Positions 1 to 9,087 of a stretch of DNA of 64,000 nucleotides are shown piece by piece (position 1 is the stretch's first letter; each line of letters opens with the position of its first letter). The position numbers and the translations under genes are program-made. Location: positions 1-64,000 of IMG/VR virus record IMGVR_UViG_3300025093_000015, one strand, 5' to 3'. This DNA is from a virus. The notes under the pieces are model-generated. The model searched no databases. It saw only the letters and a list, made by a program, of their open reading frames with translations, and was not told the origin of the DNA.

Positions 1-2
1 TA

Positions 3-152
3 GGAGGATTCCTAAATCATTCAGATAAACCTAATTGTAAAATAGAATCAGATGAAGCTGGTACAATAAGAAAGCTCTTTACACTAGAAAAAATTGAACT
101 AGGTAAAGAGCTAACTGTAAAGTACAGTTGGTATGATCCAACTAAAAAATAA
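3..152 (+). CDS. SET-domain protein (putative lysine methyltransferase), C-terminal part; start lies upstream of window
   Basis: Not in ORF track; frame from nt 3 reads GGFLNHSDKPNCKIESDEAGTIRKLFTLEKIELGKELTVKYSWYDPTKK*, with both SET signatures (NHSxxPN and ELTxxY). Confidence 0.8.
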   Translation, partial: GGFLNHSDKPNCKIESDEAGTIRKLFTLEKIELGKELTVKYSWYDPTKK

Positions 153-2012
153 TTATTTAACCTCACAGGCACCGCCTGCACATGCTAATTCTCCTGATAG
201 ATTGGTGTTATCATCATCTTCTACAACTTTAGAAAGATCAACATCCATTAAAGATTTTACCATTTCATTAAACTTTCTTTTTGAAATGTCTTCAAATGGA
301 GCTTGAGTATATGTACCACCATCATAAGGCAAAACAGATAATCCATTATAATGATCCCTATTTTCCCACATCCACTGACCTGCCATCTCCCAATCTTCCT
401 CTTTAAGACTTACAGTAGCAGAGACATTGTGAGTATTAGAACCCGTTCTATGACCTGGCTTTACCCATTCAGTTGCAACCTTTTTAATTCTTTCAAGAAG
501 TGCAAAAGGAGACTCTGTTCTAAGTATAGATCCTTCAGGAGCTGACTGTGGAATACTAATTACAGCAGTGTCATGACTACGGAATACACAATCTTCAACT
601 AACTCTGGGTGGTTATTTACTAAGTAAGTATAGATAGATTCATTCTTACCTACACGTATTCTTCTTACATAATAGTCATTATGCCATGCATGAATACCAG
701 ATGAAGTTCCTAATGTTAATGATGTTGTGCCAGCAGGTTTTACAGTAGTTGTTCTAGCTGATTTTTTAATACCAATTGCTTTAGCAACACGTGCATTTTC
801 TTTCTTAACAATTTCAGCAGCTTCTTCCATGTTATAACCTAATATTCTACCGGAACCAATACCAGTCATAGAGACACCAATAAGTGCATCTTTTTCTGTA
901 GTCTCTTTCCATACCGGTCTAAGGTAATGAAAGTCTGTATATCCAGCTTGAAGTGTTCCAATAAATGAAGCAGCCTTAACTCTTTCATTTAGATCTTCTT
1001 GTGAATCTATAGTAGATACATTAACCTCACAAAGATTACAAAACTGAAATGGTCTTAGTGCTATTTCACAACATGGATTAGTACCCCAATCTTTATCATT
1101 ATTAAAGTATATACCCGGTTCACCTGCTCCAGATAATTCAACACGTTTCCATAAGTCCATAAAGAAAGACTTAGTTATTTTATGTCTCATTAATACAGCA
1201 GAGTTATTAGCTCTACCACGTTGTGGGTTTAGTTCCCACCATGCACCTGATTTACATGCAATCATTTCACTATCATCAGCACTAAATAAACTAATAAGAG
1301 CAGCACGTCTAATACCACCCGCAAGAACTGCATCTGCAATATAACATACTATATCATGTACTTCAAGTGTGCTTAATTGATCACCATCTTCTTTTGCATT
1401 TAGTATACCTTCTACCTTTAGTAAGCATTCTTTAAGTGGTTGAGGACCAGGAGCTTTACCACCTGATGTAACAAGTCTAGCACCTTTAGGTCTAATATCA
1501 GAGAAATCAAATACAATTTTAGATGATCTACCATTTAGGTAAGACTTAACTAGAACTTTGACTGCGTCAGCCCAACCTTCTATACTATCACCTATCAAGT
1601 ATCTTTTGGTTCTTTTTTTATAAGGTTTATTAATAGGAGGTAGTTTTGCTACATGATGTCTTTGAACAGAATAACCAACACCAGTTCCACCAAGAAGTAG
1701 GAACATACACTCACTAAAAGACTCTAGACTATCTATAGGAAGGTAAGCACAATTATATATTCTATTAGGACTAATTTCAATAGGCTTGCCACCAAATTGC
1801 ATAGACCTCATAGAAGGTAATATTTTTTTATCATATACAAATTTGTATACATCCTCTATTTCTTCTTTAAGAGCAGGATAAGTTTTAATATGCATAGCTT
1901 TGTTTCTTGTAACAAGCTCTTCCCAAGTCTCCCTTCTTTTTAATTCAGGAATGTACTTAGCGTATTTCATATGGACAGTAATGTCACTCAGAATTTGGTT
2001 ATTTAAATTCAT
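153..2012 (-). CDS. nrdJ: Class II (adenosylcobalamin-dependent) ribonucleotide reductase, monomeric RTPR type
   Basis: 619 aa; YNC motif, TNPCCEI catalytic motif, TTVKPAGT, C-terminal CAGGACEV redox pair; no small-subunit gene nearby. Confidence 0.93.
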   Translation of the reverse strand: MNLNNQILSDITVHMKYAKYIPELKRRETWEELVTRNKAMHIKTYPALKEEIEDVYKFVYDKKILPSMRSMQFGGKPIEISPNRIYNCAYLPIDSLESFSECMFLLLGGTGVGYSVQRHHVAKLPPINKPYKKRTKRYLIGDSIEGWADAVKVLVKSYLNGRSSKIVFDFSDIRPKGARLVTSGGKAPGPQPLKECLLKVEGILNAKEDGDQLSTLEVHDIVCYIADAVLAGGIRRAALISLFSADDSEMIACKSGAWWELNPQRGRANNSAVLMRHKITKSFFMDLWKRVELSGAGEPGIYFNNDKDWGTNPCCEIALRPFQFCNLCEVNVSTIDSQEDLNERVKAASFIGTLQAGYTDFHYLRPVWKETTEKDALIGVSMTGIGSGRILGYNMEEAAEIVKKENARVAKAIGIKKSARTTTVKPAGTTSLTLGTSSGIHAWHNDYYVRRIRVGKNESIYTYLVNNHPELVEDCVFRSHDTAVISIPQSAPEGSILRTESPFALLERIKKVATEWVKPGHRTGSNTHNVSATVSLKEEDWEMAGQWMWENRDHYNGLSVLPYDGGTYTQAPFEDISKRKFNEMVKSLMDVDLSKVVEDDDNTNLSGELACAGGACEVK

Positions 2013-2050
2013 GTCATTTTTTTTAAGATGTTAAACAATTTAGATAAAAA

Positions 2051-2070
2051 ACCCCCTGTGATTAAGGGGT
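2051..2070 (-). terminator. Hairpin plus U-tract in the nrdJ leader
   Basis: Minus strand ACCCCTTAATCACAGGGGGT followed by TTTTT. Confidence 0.5.
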
Positions 2071-2074
2071 AGTA

Positions 2075-2083
2075 ATAATATAC
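2075..2083 (-). promoter_or_regulatory. GTATATTAT phage promoter motif upstream of nrdJ
   Basis: Reverse complement ATAATATAC; same 9-mer as seven plus-strand intergenic copies. Confidence 0.55.
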
Positions 2084-2092
2084 CAATTTATA

Positions 2093-2272
2093 TTATGATA
2101 TAGAAATATTTACATAAGAAACTTTGAAAAAAATGAGACCTAGTTCAATGTTAAAAGCAGGAACCCATTCTTCTGATTCATCTACCTTTGTTTCATATTG
2201 TGATATAGACATACCAAACAGGCATGTTTTGGGTAAAAATTGAAAAAGTATTTGATGTCTTTTAATCTTCAT
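2093..2272 (-). CDS. Small hypothetical protein (59 aa)
   Basis: Manually translated MKIKRHQILFQFLPKTCLFG...VSYVNISIS*; fills the intergenic gap. Confidence 0.55.
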   Translation of the reverse strand: MKIKRHQILFQFLPKTCLFGMSISQYETKVDESEEWVPAFNIELGLIFFKVSYVNISIS

Positions 2273-2299
2273 ATTATTTTAGTTTTATTATTATTTTTT

Positions 2300-2308
2300 G
2301 TATATTAT
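2300..2308 (+). promoter_or_regulatory. GTATATTAT phage (probably late) promoter motif
   Basis: T-tract + GTATATTAT ~48 nt before the 2356 ATG. Confidence 0.65.
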
Positions 2309-2355
2309 AAGTGTACCATAGTAAAATGGTAGATATTAATATTTATACATAAATC

Positions 2356-2655
2356 ATGGATTGGAATCTATTAGGCACTATTATTATTACAGCATTGACT
2401 GTGCTAGGTAGTAGTGAAGCGTTTAAATTTTACAAATCCAGACTAGCATTAAAAAGCAAAAGTATGGATTTAAAAGAAGAATACAAAGAAGATCTAAAGA
2501 AAAGAGTAAATAGGTTAGAAGTTCTTTTAACTGAGTCATCTAAAGAAAAAGATGATCTAAGATTATGTGTAATTAAATTAACAGAAGAGGTAGCAACTCT
2601 ACGTGAGAAAGTTAAATTTCTTGAAGCAGAAAATGAACGTCTTAAAAAAATATAA
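2356..2655 (+). CDS. Membrane-anchored coiled-coil protein
   Basis: N-terminal hydrophobic helix then heptad-rich charged region. Confidence 0.65.
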   Translation: MDWNLLGTIIITALTVLGSSEAFKFYKSRLALKSKSMDLKEEYKEDLKKRVNRLEVLLTESSKEKDDLRLCVIKLTEEVATLREKVKFLEAENERLKKI

Positions 2656-2657
2656 TT

Positions 2658-3284
2658 ATGGCAGATAAAAAACGAATGGCAGAACACTCAGCAAGGACTG
2701 GAGAAGCATTAGCATCATTGTATGGATCTTCAACTCCAATAACTAGCATTTTACCAGTACAAGAAAGAATAGATGTTTCAAAAACATCTGGAGAGTACAG
2801 AACAAGGGGTACAAAATCTCCAAATAGAACAACAATGCCAGAGAAGTTATTGTTACAAATTACAGATCCTGGTGACGCACCTACAGCACCAACTGTAGTT
2901 AGCAATCCTGGTACATTAGATAGTCCAAGTGAAGCACATATTTCTAGATATAGACCAGCATCATATGATAGTAGATCTGGCCGTTGGGATACTAGACATC
3001 CAAGTTATAGAACTGATGTAGCTACTTTAACAAATGCAATATCTAGGTATAATACATATCAATCAGATTTACAATCATATAATAGAAATTTAACTGATTA
3101 TAATACAGCTGTTGCACAAAGAAATACAGATACAGCTACAAATACTACAAGAACTAATCAATATCAAAGAGATCTTCAAAAGTTCTTTACTTCATTAGGT
3201 AAAAAGAAAGCAAGTAAAAAAGTAGCAACAAGAACAAGAGGTTCTAGAAATCCTGGAACATCATCAAGTAGAGGTACAAGATAA
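2658..3284 (+). CDS. Hypothetical protein, Thr/Arg-rich with basic C-terminus
   Basis: 208 aa ORF abutting the upstream gene. Confidence 0.65.
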   Translation: MADKKRMAEHSARTGEALASLYGSSTPITSILPVQERIDVSKTSGEYRTRGTKSPNRTTMPEKLLLQITDPGDAPTAPTVVSNPGTLDSPSEAHISRYRPASYDSRSGRWDTRHPSYRTDVATLTNAISRYNTYQSDLQSYNRNLTDYNTAVAQRNTDTATNTTRTNQYQRDLQKFFTSLGKKKASKKVATRTRGSRNPGTSSSRGTR

Positions 3285-3296
3285 AAAATTAAAATT

Positions 3297-3800
3297 ATGG
3301 CTAGATATAAAAGATATAGATACGGTGGTAAAAGAGTACCAGGAATGTATGCTCAGGATGGTAAAGAAACACCAATGAATCCAGTACCACCTCAGATGCA
3401 ATCAATGAATGAAAAACCTACTATTCAATCTTCTGGAGAAGCTCAGGCTTTACGTACACAAAATCAAATAGTTGAACAAACAATGTTAGAAAATGCCATG
3501 AGACAACAACAAATGGCAGCAATGATGCAACAGATGCAGATGCAAAATATGTTGTTACAACAGCAAAATCAATTACAACAGGTTCAAATTGAAAAAATGG
3601 ATTTGATTAATAGTGCTAGAACAACAAAGAAACCTGTAGGACCTGTAAATTCTCCTAAAAGAAAAGGTGGCTCAAATAGTAGAAAACCTAGAGTAAATGT
3701 AGTAATGTCACAAGGTCAAGGAACAACCTTTAGACATGGAGGAGGAATGGGAAAAAAAGGTAAGTGTTTGCCAGGAGGTAGATTCAGTAAAAGAAGGTAG
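3297..3800 (+). CDS. Gln/Met-rich basic protein, possible virion internal protein
   Basis: 167 aa; RYGG, AQDG and RHGG motifs; poly-Q tract. Confidence 0.6.
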   Translation: MARYKRYRYGGKRVPGMYAQDGKETPMNPVPPQMQSMNEKPTIQSSGEAQALRTQNQIVEQTMLENAMRQQQMAAMMQQMQMQNMLLQQQNQLQQVQIEKMDLINSARTTKKPVGPVNSPKRKGGSNSRKPRVNVVMSQGQGTTFRHGGGMGKKGKCLPGGRFSKRR

Positions 3801-3802
3801 TT

Positions 3803-4087
3803 ATGGCAAAAGAGTTAAATGAAGATACATCATTTAAGGTTAGTGTAAAAACTTTAATAGCTATTGCTATTGCTCTGTCAACAGTAATAGGCATGTGGTT
3901 TGCATTACAGGCAGATATAGAAGAAGCAAAAGAACTTCCTGTACCACCACCGCCAGATGTTACACGTATGGAGTTTGATATGAAAGATAAAAATATTAGA
4001 CTAACAATACAAAATACTGCAGATGATGTTGAAGAAATTAAAGATGACATCAAACGTATAGAAGAAAAAATAGATAAACTAAGATAA
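3803..4087 (+). CDS. Single-TM protein with Pro linker and coiled coil
   Basis: TM LIAIAIALSTVIGMWFAL, PVPPPP linker, C-terminal heptads. Confidence 0.7.
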   Translation: MAKELNEDTSFKVSVKTLIAIAIALSTVIGMWFALQADIEEAKELPVPPPPDVTRMEFDMKDKNIRLTIQNTADDVEEIKDDIKRIEEKIDKLR

Positions 4088-4112
4088 TAATTAACTTTAA
4101 ATTAAATAAAAA

Positions 4113-4511
4113 ATGGCAAGTGCAAATTTTAAATTAACGTTAGGTTCAACAGACTTAACTACTGACGCTCTGAATCTTTCAACAAGTAAAGATCTAGCTA
4201 GTTGTACATCAGGTGGTGTATTACGTATTGTACTTGATACAACTGCACATTCAAGTGCAACAGAACTTGTATCAGCTACAAAATATACAGAAGGAGCTTA
4301 TGTATGGATTCATAATCCAGCTACTCCTGTTTCATCTGGTAATGATAGAATTTATGTATCAGTTGATGAAACATCAGCAACACCAATCATACTAAAAGGT
4401 GGTGATTGGGCTTTAATACCTTGGGCAGGAACAACTAGAACCACTGATAAAAATATTTTAGCATGGGGTGCTTCTGCAGGTCTTATTGTAGAGTTTGGAA
4501 TATATCAATAA
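4113..4511 (+). CDS. Small beta-rich protein (possible virion decoration), paralog of 4536..4928
   Basis: Shares LTTxAxxL, GGxxR, YVxxxN, AxxPW and EF/YG features with the next ORF. Confidence 0.65.
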   Translation: MASANFKLTLGSTDLTTDALNLSTSKDLASCTSGGVLRIVLDTTAHSSATELVSATKYTEGAYVWIHNPATPVSSGNDRIYVSVDETSATPIILKGGDWALIPWAGTTRTTDKNILAWGASAGLIVEFGIYQ

Positions 4512-4535
4512 TAATTAAAAAAATATTTAGAAATT

Positions 4536-4928
4536 ATGGCAACATTAAATATAACAGCAGATATTGCAAGTACCGGTTTAACAACTAATGCAATTTCTTT
4601 AAATCTTTTGAAAGCTGCTAGTGTTACTACAGGAGGTATTGTAAGAACTACTACAACTGCAGAAAAATCTAGTAAAGCAGTTTTATTAGCTCATGCAGAT
4701 TATACTGCAGCATCTGCAACAGGAAGTACATATGTATATCTTAAAAATGTAACAGGTCAACCACTTAGAATATCTTTGATAGGTAACACTAGTAATGATG
4801 ATGAGTTTGAAGTAGCATTGCCAGTAGGTACATTTGCTCTATTTCCATGGAAAGCTGATACTGCTAATATTACAGTATATCAAACTTCATCTGGTACTAC
4901 TACTATAGAGTACGGAGTATTCAATTAA
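4536..4928 (+). CDS. Small beta-rich protein, paralog of 4113..4511
   Basis: Same motif order; ends IEYGVFN versus VEFGIYQ. Confidence 0.65.
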   Translation: MATLNITADIASTGLTTNAISLNLLKAASVTTGGIVRTTTTAEKSSKAVLLAHADYTAASATGSTYVYLKNVTGQPLRISLIGNTSNDDEFEVALPVGTFALFPWKADTANITVYQTSSGTTTIEYGVFN

Positions 4929-4929
4929 T

Positions 4930-5286
4930 ATGAAAAATTCTGTTTGGAAGATATTTGGGATCTACCTTTTATTGCTAGTTTGTATTTTATTTTCACAGCA
5001 ATCATTTGGTCAAGTAACTGTTGTACAGTACAATGCAAATTGGAATGATGCAAACAAAGTAACTTGGCTAAAAAAATTATCTGATGTTGATAAAGTAAAA
5101 GATGTATGTATAGCTGAAGATCCTAAAGCCCAACAAAAACATGAAATAGTTGTAGTACCTACTATAATTATTTTTAAAGATGGTGAAGAGGTAAAAAGAT
5201 ACCAAGCAGATATATCATTTACAATGAAGGCTACTAGAGAAGAGATACAAGAATTTATTGACGAACTTATAATGAGTGATTTTTAA
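4930..5286 (+). CDS. Secreted thioredoxin-fold protein lacking CxxC
   Basis: Signal peptide ending SFG-Q; VVQYNANWN in place of WCxxC; VVPTIIIFKDGEEVKR cis-Pro segment. Confidence 0.7.
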   Translation: MKNSVWKIFGIYLLLLVCILFSQQSFGQVTVVQYNANWNDANKVTWLKKLSDVDKVKDVCIAEDPKAQQKHEIVVVPTIIIFKDGEEVKRYQADISFTMKATREEIQEFIDELIMSDF

Positions 5287-5287
5287 T

Positions 5288-7750
5288 ATGAAAAAACTTT
5301 TATTTCCACTATTAATATTATTATCTAGCTTTGCATTATCACAAAATTCTTATATTGTCATAGAAGCACAATATGATTCATGGGGACCTGCAGAATCTCA
5401 ATTTTATATTACAGATGCCCAAGGTGATACTGTGTATCATCATCAACCTACAGTGCAAAGTGAATATTTATTAGATACTTTATTTATAAACGCACAACCA
5501 CTTACGGCTATTTTATTAGATCAATATGGAGACGGATGGCAAGATACTGGTCAACAAGGTTATTTTAGAACATGGAATAATTGTCAAGATACAATAGTAG
5601 AATTTATATCTTCACCTACAAATTACTTTGCCACAGAAATAATAAACTTTAATCTGGGTCCATGTCTACCAAACGGACCTCCACCTCCACCATGCTTACC
5701 TGCAGTAGTTATAATTAATTTAGATCAGTATCAATCAGAAACGTCCTGGGAGATTACTGATACTTTAGGTTTTGTAGTAGCATCAGGTAGTGGTTATGGT
5801 TCACAACCAGATTATGGAACTGTTGTTGTTCCTGTATGTTTACCACAAACTGTATTAAATTTTACAATATTTGATTCTTATGGAGATGGTTTAAATGGTT
5901 CACTTTGGCAAGGTCAAGATGGATCTTATTTTGTTAAACAATGTGGTGATACGTTAGTATATGGTACAGATCCGGCTTTTGGTACAGACACAACACATGT
6001 CTTTACTATAAGTGAATGCCCTCCTATATATGGGTGTACAGATGATGATTATGTAGAATGGAATCCGTTTGCAGATACTGATGATGGTAGCTGTCAAACA
6101 TTAAAAGTATTTGGGTGCATTGATCCAGATGCATTTAATTATGATTCTACAGCTAACACAATGGACCTAGTTCCACAATGTGAGTTTACACTAATACTGC
6201 ATGATCTAATGGGTAATGGTTGGGTTGGTTCAAATTTAGAATTAGAGTTGCCTGATACGTCTTTTAATTTTACTCACACAGGTGGTTTCAATGATGAATA
6301 CCAATTTACAATAGATGCTCCGGATCCTGCTACGTTTAGGTTTCAAATATCTCCACAGGCTGCACTAACTACTATAGAGTGTGGGTTTACTTTACTTAAT
6401 CCAGAGGGTGATACATTAATTAGTGTTCAACCTCCATTTATACAACCTTTGTTTCCATATTCTTTTATTACTAATTGTGGTAATACGTGTATAGAAAAGA
6501 TATTTGGGTGTACAGATAGCCTAGCTTTAAACTATTATGATGAGGCTAATACAGATGATAGCTCTTGTTACTATGTGGCAGGATGTATGAACCCACTATA
6601 TTTAGAATATGATACAGCTGCTGATTATGATGATGGATCATGTGTAACTTTAATTGTTGCAGGATGCATGGACTCAACAGCTCTTAACTATGATCCGCTA
6701 GCAAACGTAGAGATACCAGGATCATGTGTAGCAATAGTAGAAGGATGTATGAATCCTTTAGCATTTAACTATAATCCTAATGCTAATGTTGATGACTCAA
6801 CATGTATACCAGTTGTTGATGGTTGTACAAATCCTATTGCACTTAATTATGATTCAACTGCTAATACAGATGATGGTTCTTGTGTATTACCAGTGCCAGG
6901 GTGTACAGACCCTAATGCATTTAATTACAATCCCCTAGCAAATGTAGATGACTCAAGTTGTATTGATATAGTATATGGTTGTACAGATGCTTCTGCTTTT
7001 AACTATAATCCTTTAGCCAATGTAGATAATGGTTCTTGTGAACCTTTTGTGTTTGGTTGTATGGATTCTACTATGTTTAATTTTAATCCTTTAGCAAATA
7101 CAGATGACAATAATTGCATTCCTTTTATTTATGGTTGTACTGATCCAAGCATGCTCAACTACAATCCACAAGCTAATACAGAAGACTTTAGTTGTATTGC
7201 TTACATTTATGGTTGTACTGATAGTACTGCCCTTAATTATGATCCGTTGGCTAATACTGACAACGGCACGTGTATTGAAGTGGTTACAGGGTGTATGGAT
7301 CAAGGTGCGTGGAACTATGAACCTTTAGCAAATGTTAATGACTCAGCTTCTTGTTTATATAGTGCTGGTTGTATTGATGGTCCAGGTAATCCTTATTGGT
7401 TAAATGATGGATGTTATGCATGGGTAATTGATGTAGATGTTTATTGCTGTGAAAATGCATGGGATGCATCATGTCAAACAATGTATGATTATTGTCAACT
7501 TGGATGGCCTACAAATATAGATGATTTATCAGTAATAGGTGTTGTAATATACCCTAACCCAACAACTGGAATTGTAAGAATATCTACAAGATTAGAAATA
7601 CAATTAAAGGTTTTAGATATGAGTGGAAAAACTATAATTGATGAGCTTAATCCACAAGTAATAGATTTATCAGACTATGCAGATGGTCTATATAATATTA
7701 TAGTAAATGTTAATGATAAACAATACTTCAATAAAATTATAAAACAATGA
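5288..7750 (+). CDS. Secreted Cys-repeat protein with type IX secretion (type A) C-terminal sorting domain
   Basis: Signal peptide MKKLLFPLLILLSSFALSQ (ATG 5288); three related domains with (D)xxGDG/GNGW; ~13 Cys repeats; C-terminal IYPNPTTG...IDLSDYADGLY...KIIKQ. Confidence 0.85.
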   Translation: MKKLLFPLLILLSSFALSQNSYIVIEAQYDSWGPAESQFYITDAQGDTVYHHQPTVQSEYLLDTLFINAQPLTAILLDQYGDGWQDTGQQGYFRTWNNCQDTIVEFISSPTNYFATEIINFNLGPCLPNGPPPPPCLPAVVIINLDQYQSETSWEITDTLGFVVASGSGYGSQPDYGTVVVPVCLPQTVLNFTIFDSYGDGLNGSLWQGQDGSYFVKQCGDTLVYGTDPAFGTDTTHVFTISECPPIYGCTDDDYVEWNPFADTDDGSCQTLKVFGCIDPDAFNYDSTANTMDLVPQCEFTLILHDLMGNGWVGSNLELELPDTSFNFTHTGGFNDEYQFTIDAPDPATFRFQISPQAALTTIECGFTLLNPEGDTLISVQPPFIQPLFPYSFITNCGNTCIEKIFGCTDSLALNYYDEANTDDSSCYYVAGCMNPLYLEYDTAADYDDGSCVTLIVAGCMDSTALNYDPLANVEIPGSCVAIVEGCMNPLAFNYNPNANVDDSTCIPVVDGCTNPIALNYDSTANTDDGSCVLPVPGCTDPNAFNYNPLANVDDSSCIDIVYGCTDASAFNYNPLANVDNGSCEPFVFGCMDSTMFNFNPLANTDDNNCIPFIYGCTDPSMLNYNPQANTEDFSCIAYIYGCTDSTALNYDPLANTDNGTCIEVVTGCMDQGAWNYEPLANVNDSASCLYSAGCIDGPGNPYWLNDGCYAWVIDVDVYCCENAWDASCQTMYDYCQLGWPTNIDDLSVIGVVIYPNPTTGIVRISTRLEIQLKVLDMSGKTIIDELNPQVIDLSDYADGLYNIIVNVNDKQYFNKIIKQ
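6500..7360 (+). repeat. 11 tandem ~26-aa repeats GC(T/M)(D/N)xxAxNYxPxANxDDxSC
   Basis: Counted in the translation; two more copies near 6030-6160; DNA-level copies are diverged. Confidence 0.85.
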
Positions 7751-8841
7751 GGAAGACAATAGATATAACACCAGTTATATATGTTTTAGTAATGATTGTA
7801 ATGTTCTTAATAGGAACAACTTCTGCTTTTAGTCAGGAAAGTAATTTTAAAAGCAGCCTTAAAAAAACATTTAAGTTTGCTACTTTTTACGGTGCTATCA
7901 ATGGTAACAACTCTATTTCAGATGTTGATGTATTTTCAGTTACGAATGGATTAGAAAAAGAAACAATAGAGACTCCATTTGACTATTCAATGTCAGTTGG
8001 TATTAGAAAGATTGCTAGATTTGGATACGAGAATAGAGCTAATACATTTTATGATGGTAGTGAAAAATCATACAGTGATGCAGCAACGTTAGGTAAAGTA
8101 AGAGGTTTTGAGTTTCTTTTTGAATTAGATTACGCTAGACAACAAGGTACCGACTTTCTCAATCAACAGCACTTCTTAAGATATGTAGCTAACAGATGGA
8201 TAGCAAAGGTAGAATATGTCCAGGATGGTTTTGCGGATATTAAGTATTACGAGTCATCACAAAGGTATAGACAAAAGTTCAACAATAAGTTTTCATTGAA
8301 TATAGGTGCAGTACAAAGACTGTCTGAACCATATGGATACGATCCACTAGAAGAGTGGGTGCTATCTACAGGAGACATACACTACACAAACCTTGCTTTA
8401 GAAGAAGGGTATAATGTAGAATTTGATGGCTCAGGCGGAGTAACCTATCTTAATCCTAATGGGAACGTTGTAGCAGAAAACACCCAGGTATGGGAAGCTG
8501 TGGTGATCCCTGAAGTACTATCCAACTATGTAGAAAAGAAAAGAAATGAGTTACCAACACAGTGGAACCATTCTCTAGTAATAGGGTTGGACTATTACCA
8601 TTTTACAAAAGACTTTTGGGTACATACCTGGGGAAACATAATGCCTTATCACTATGATGCGGGAGGAGAGTATTCTTATCATACATTCCACGGAGGACAA
8701 TGGACAGACTACTCTGGTGGTTTAATTTTTGGATGGAGAGCTAGTAAGCATCTTGGTTTTTTCTTAGAAGGTAAGTACAATAAGTATTGGAATAGACAAT
8801 GGCATGACTTTAAATTGGGTGTCAATTACGTGATATTCTGA
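7747..8841 (+). CDS. Putative outer-membrane beta-barrel protein
   Basis: Signal peptide ending AFS-Q, aromatic amphipathic strands, C-terminal FKLGVNYVIF; start overlaps the T9SS gene stop (ATGA). Confidence 0.7.
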   Translation: MRKTIDITPVIYVLVMIVMFLIGTTSAFSQESNFKSSLKKTFKFATFYGAINGNNSISDVDVFSVTNGLEKETIETPFDYSMSVGIRKIARFGYENRANTFYDGSEKSYSDAATLGKVRGFEFLFELDYARQQGTDFLNQQHFLRYVANRWIAKVEYVQDGFADIKYYESSQRYRQKFNNKFSLNIGAVQRLSEPYGYDPLEEWVLSTGDIHYTNLALEEGYNVEFDGSGGVTYLNPNGNVVAENTQVWEAVVIPEVLSNYVEKKRNELPTQWNHSLVIGLDYYHFTKDFWVHTWGNIMPYHYDAGGEYSYHTFHGGQWTDYSGGLIFGWRASKHLGFFLEGKYNKYWNRQWHDFKLGVNYVIF

Positions 8842-8851
8842 TATTTTTTTT

Positions 8852-8860
8852 GTATATTAT
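8852..8860 (+). promoter_or_regulatory. GTATATTAT phage promoter motif
   Basis: T-tract + GTATATTAT 24 nt before the 8885 ATG. Confidence 0.65.
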
Positions 8861-8884
8861 AATATAACCATAAAATAATTTAAT

Positions 8885-9067
8885 ATGATTAATTGGATTA
8901 ATTCCTGGAAATCAGGAAATAAAAAAGAGAAGTATGAGATCAATGTAAGAATTGGTAAACTAACTGTATTAGAAGTTATGTTTTGTCCATGTGAAGTATG
9001 TGAGAACAAAAAAGCTTATTGTGCAAAGTTTAGATTTATGATCTTTAACTTAGGATTTGAACTGTAA
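8885..9067 (+). CDS. Small hypothetical protein with Cys cluster
   Basis: 60 aa; CPCEVC...C. Confidence 0.6.
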   Translation: MINWINSWKSGNKKEKYEINVRIGKLTVLEVMFCPCEVCENKKAYCAKFRFMIFNLGFEL

Positions 9068-9087
9068 CAATTTAAAAGAATAAACCA

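Noticed and set aside
2012-2092. Cobalamin riboswitch upstream of nrdJ
   Set aside because: Leader is only ~80 nt and lacks a B12-box.
6500-7360. CRISPR array or DGR-like repeats
   Set aside because: Repeats are in-frame protein repeats with synonymous divergence; no identical DNA repeats with spacers and no reverse transcriptase in the window.
4930-8841. Host chromosomal DNA or chimeric assembly explaining the T9SS gene
   Set aside because: Genes are tightly coupled to phage-type ORFs, have similar composition and are bracketed by the phage GTATATTAT motif. Read mapping would still be the definitive check.
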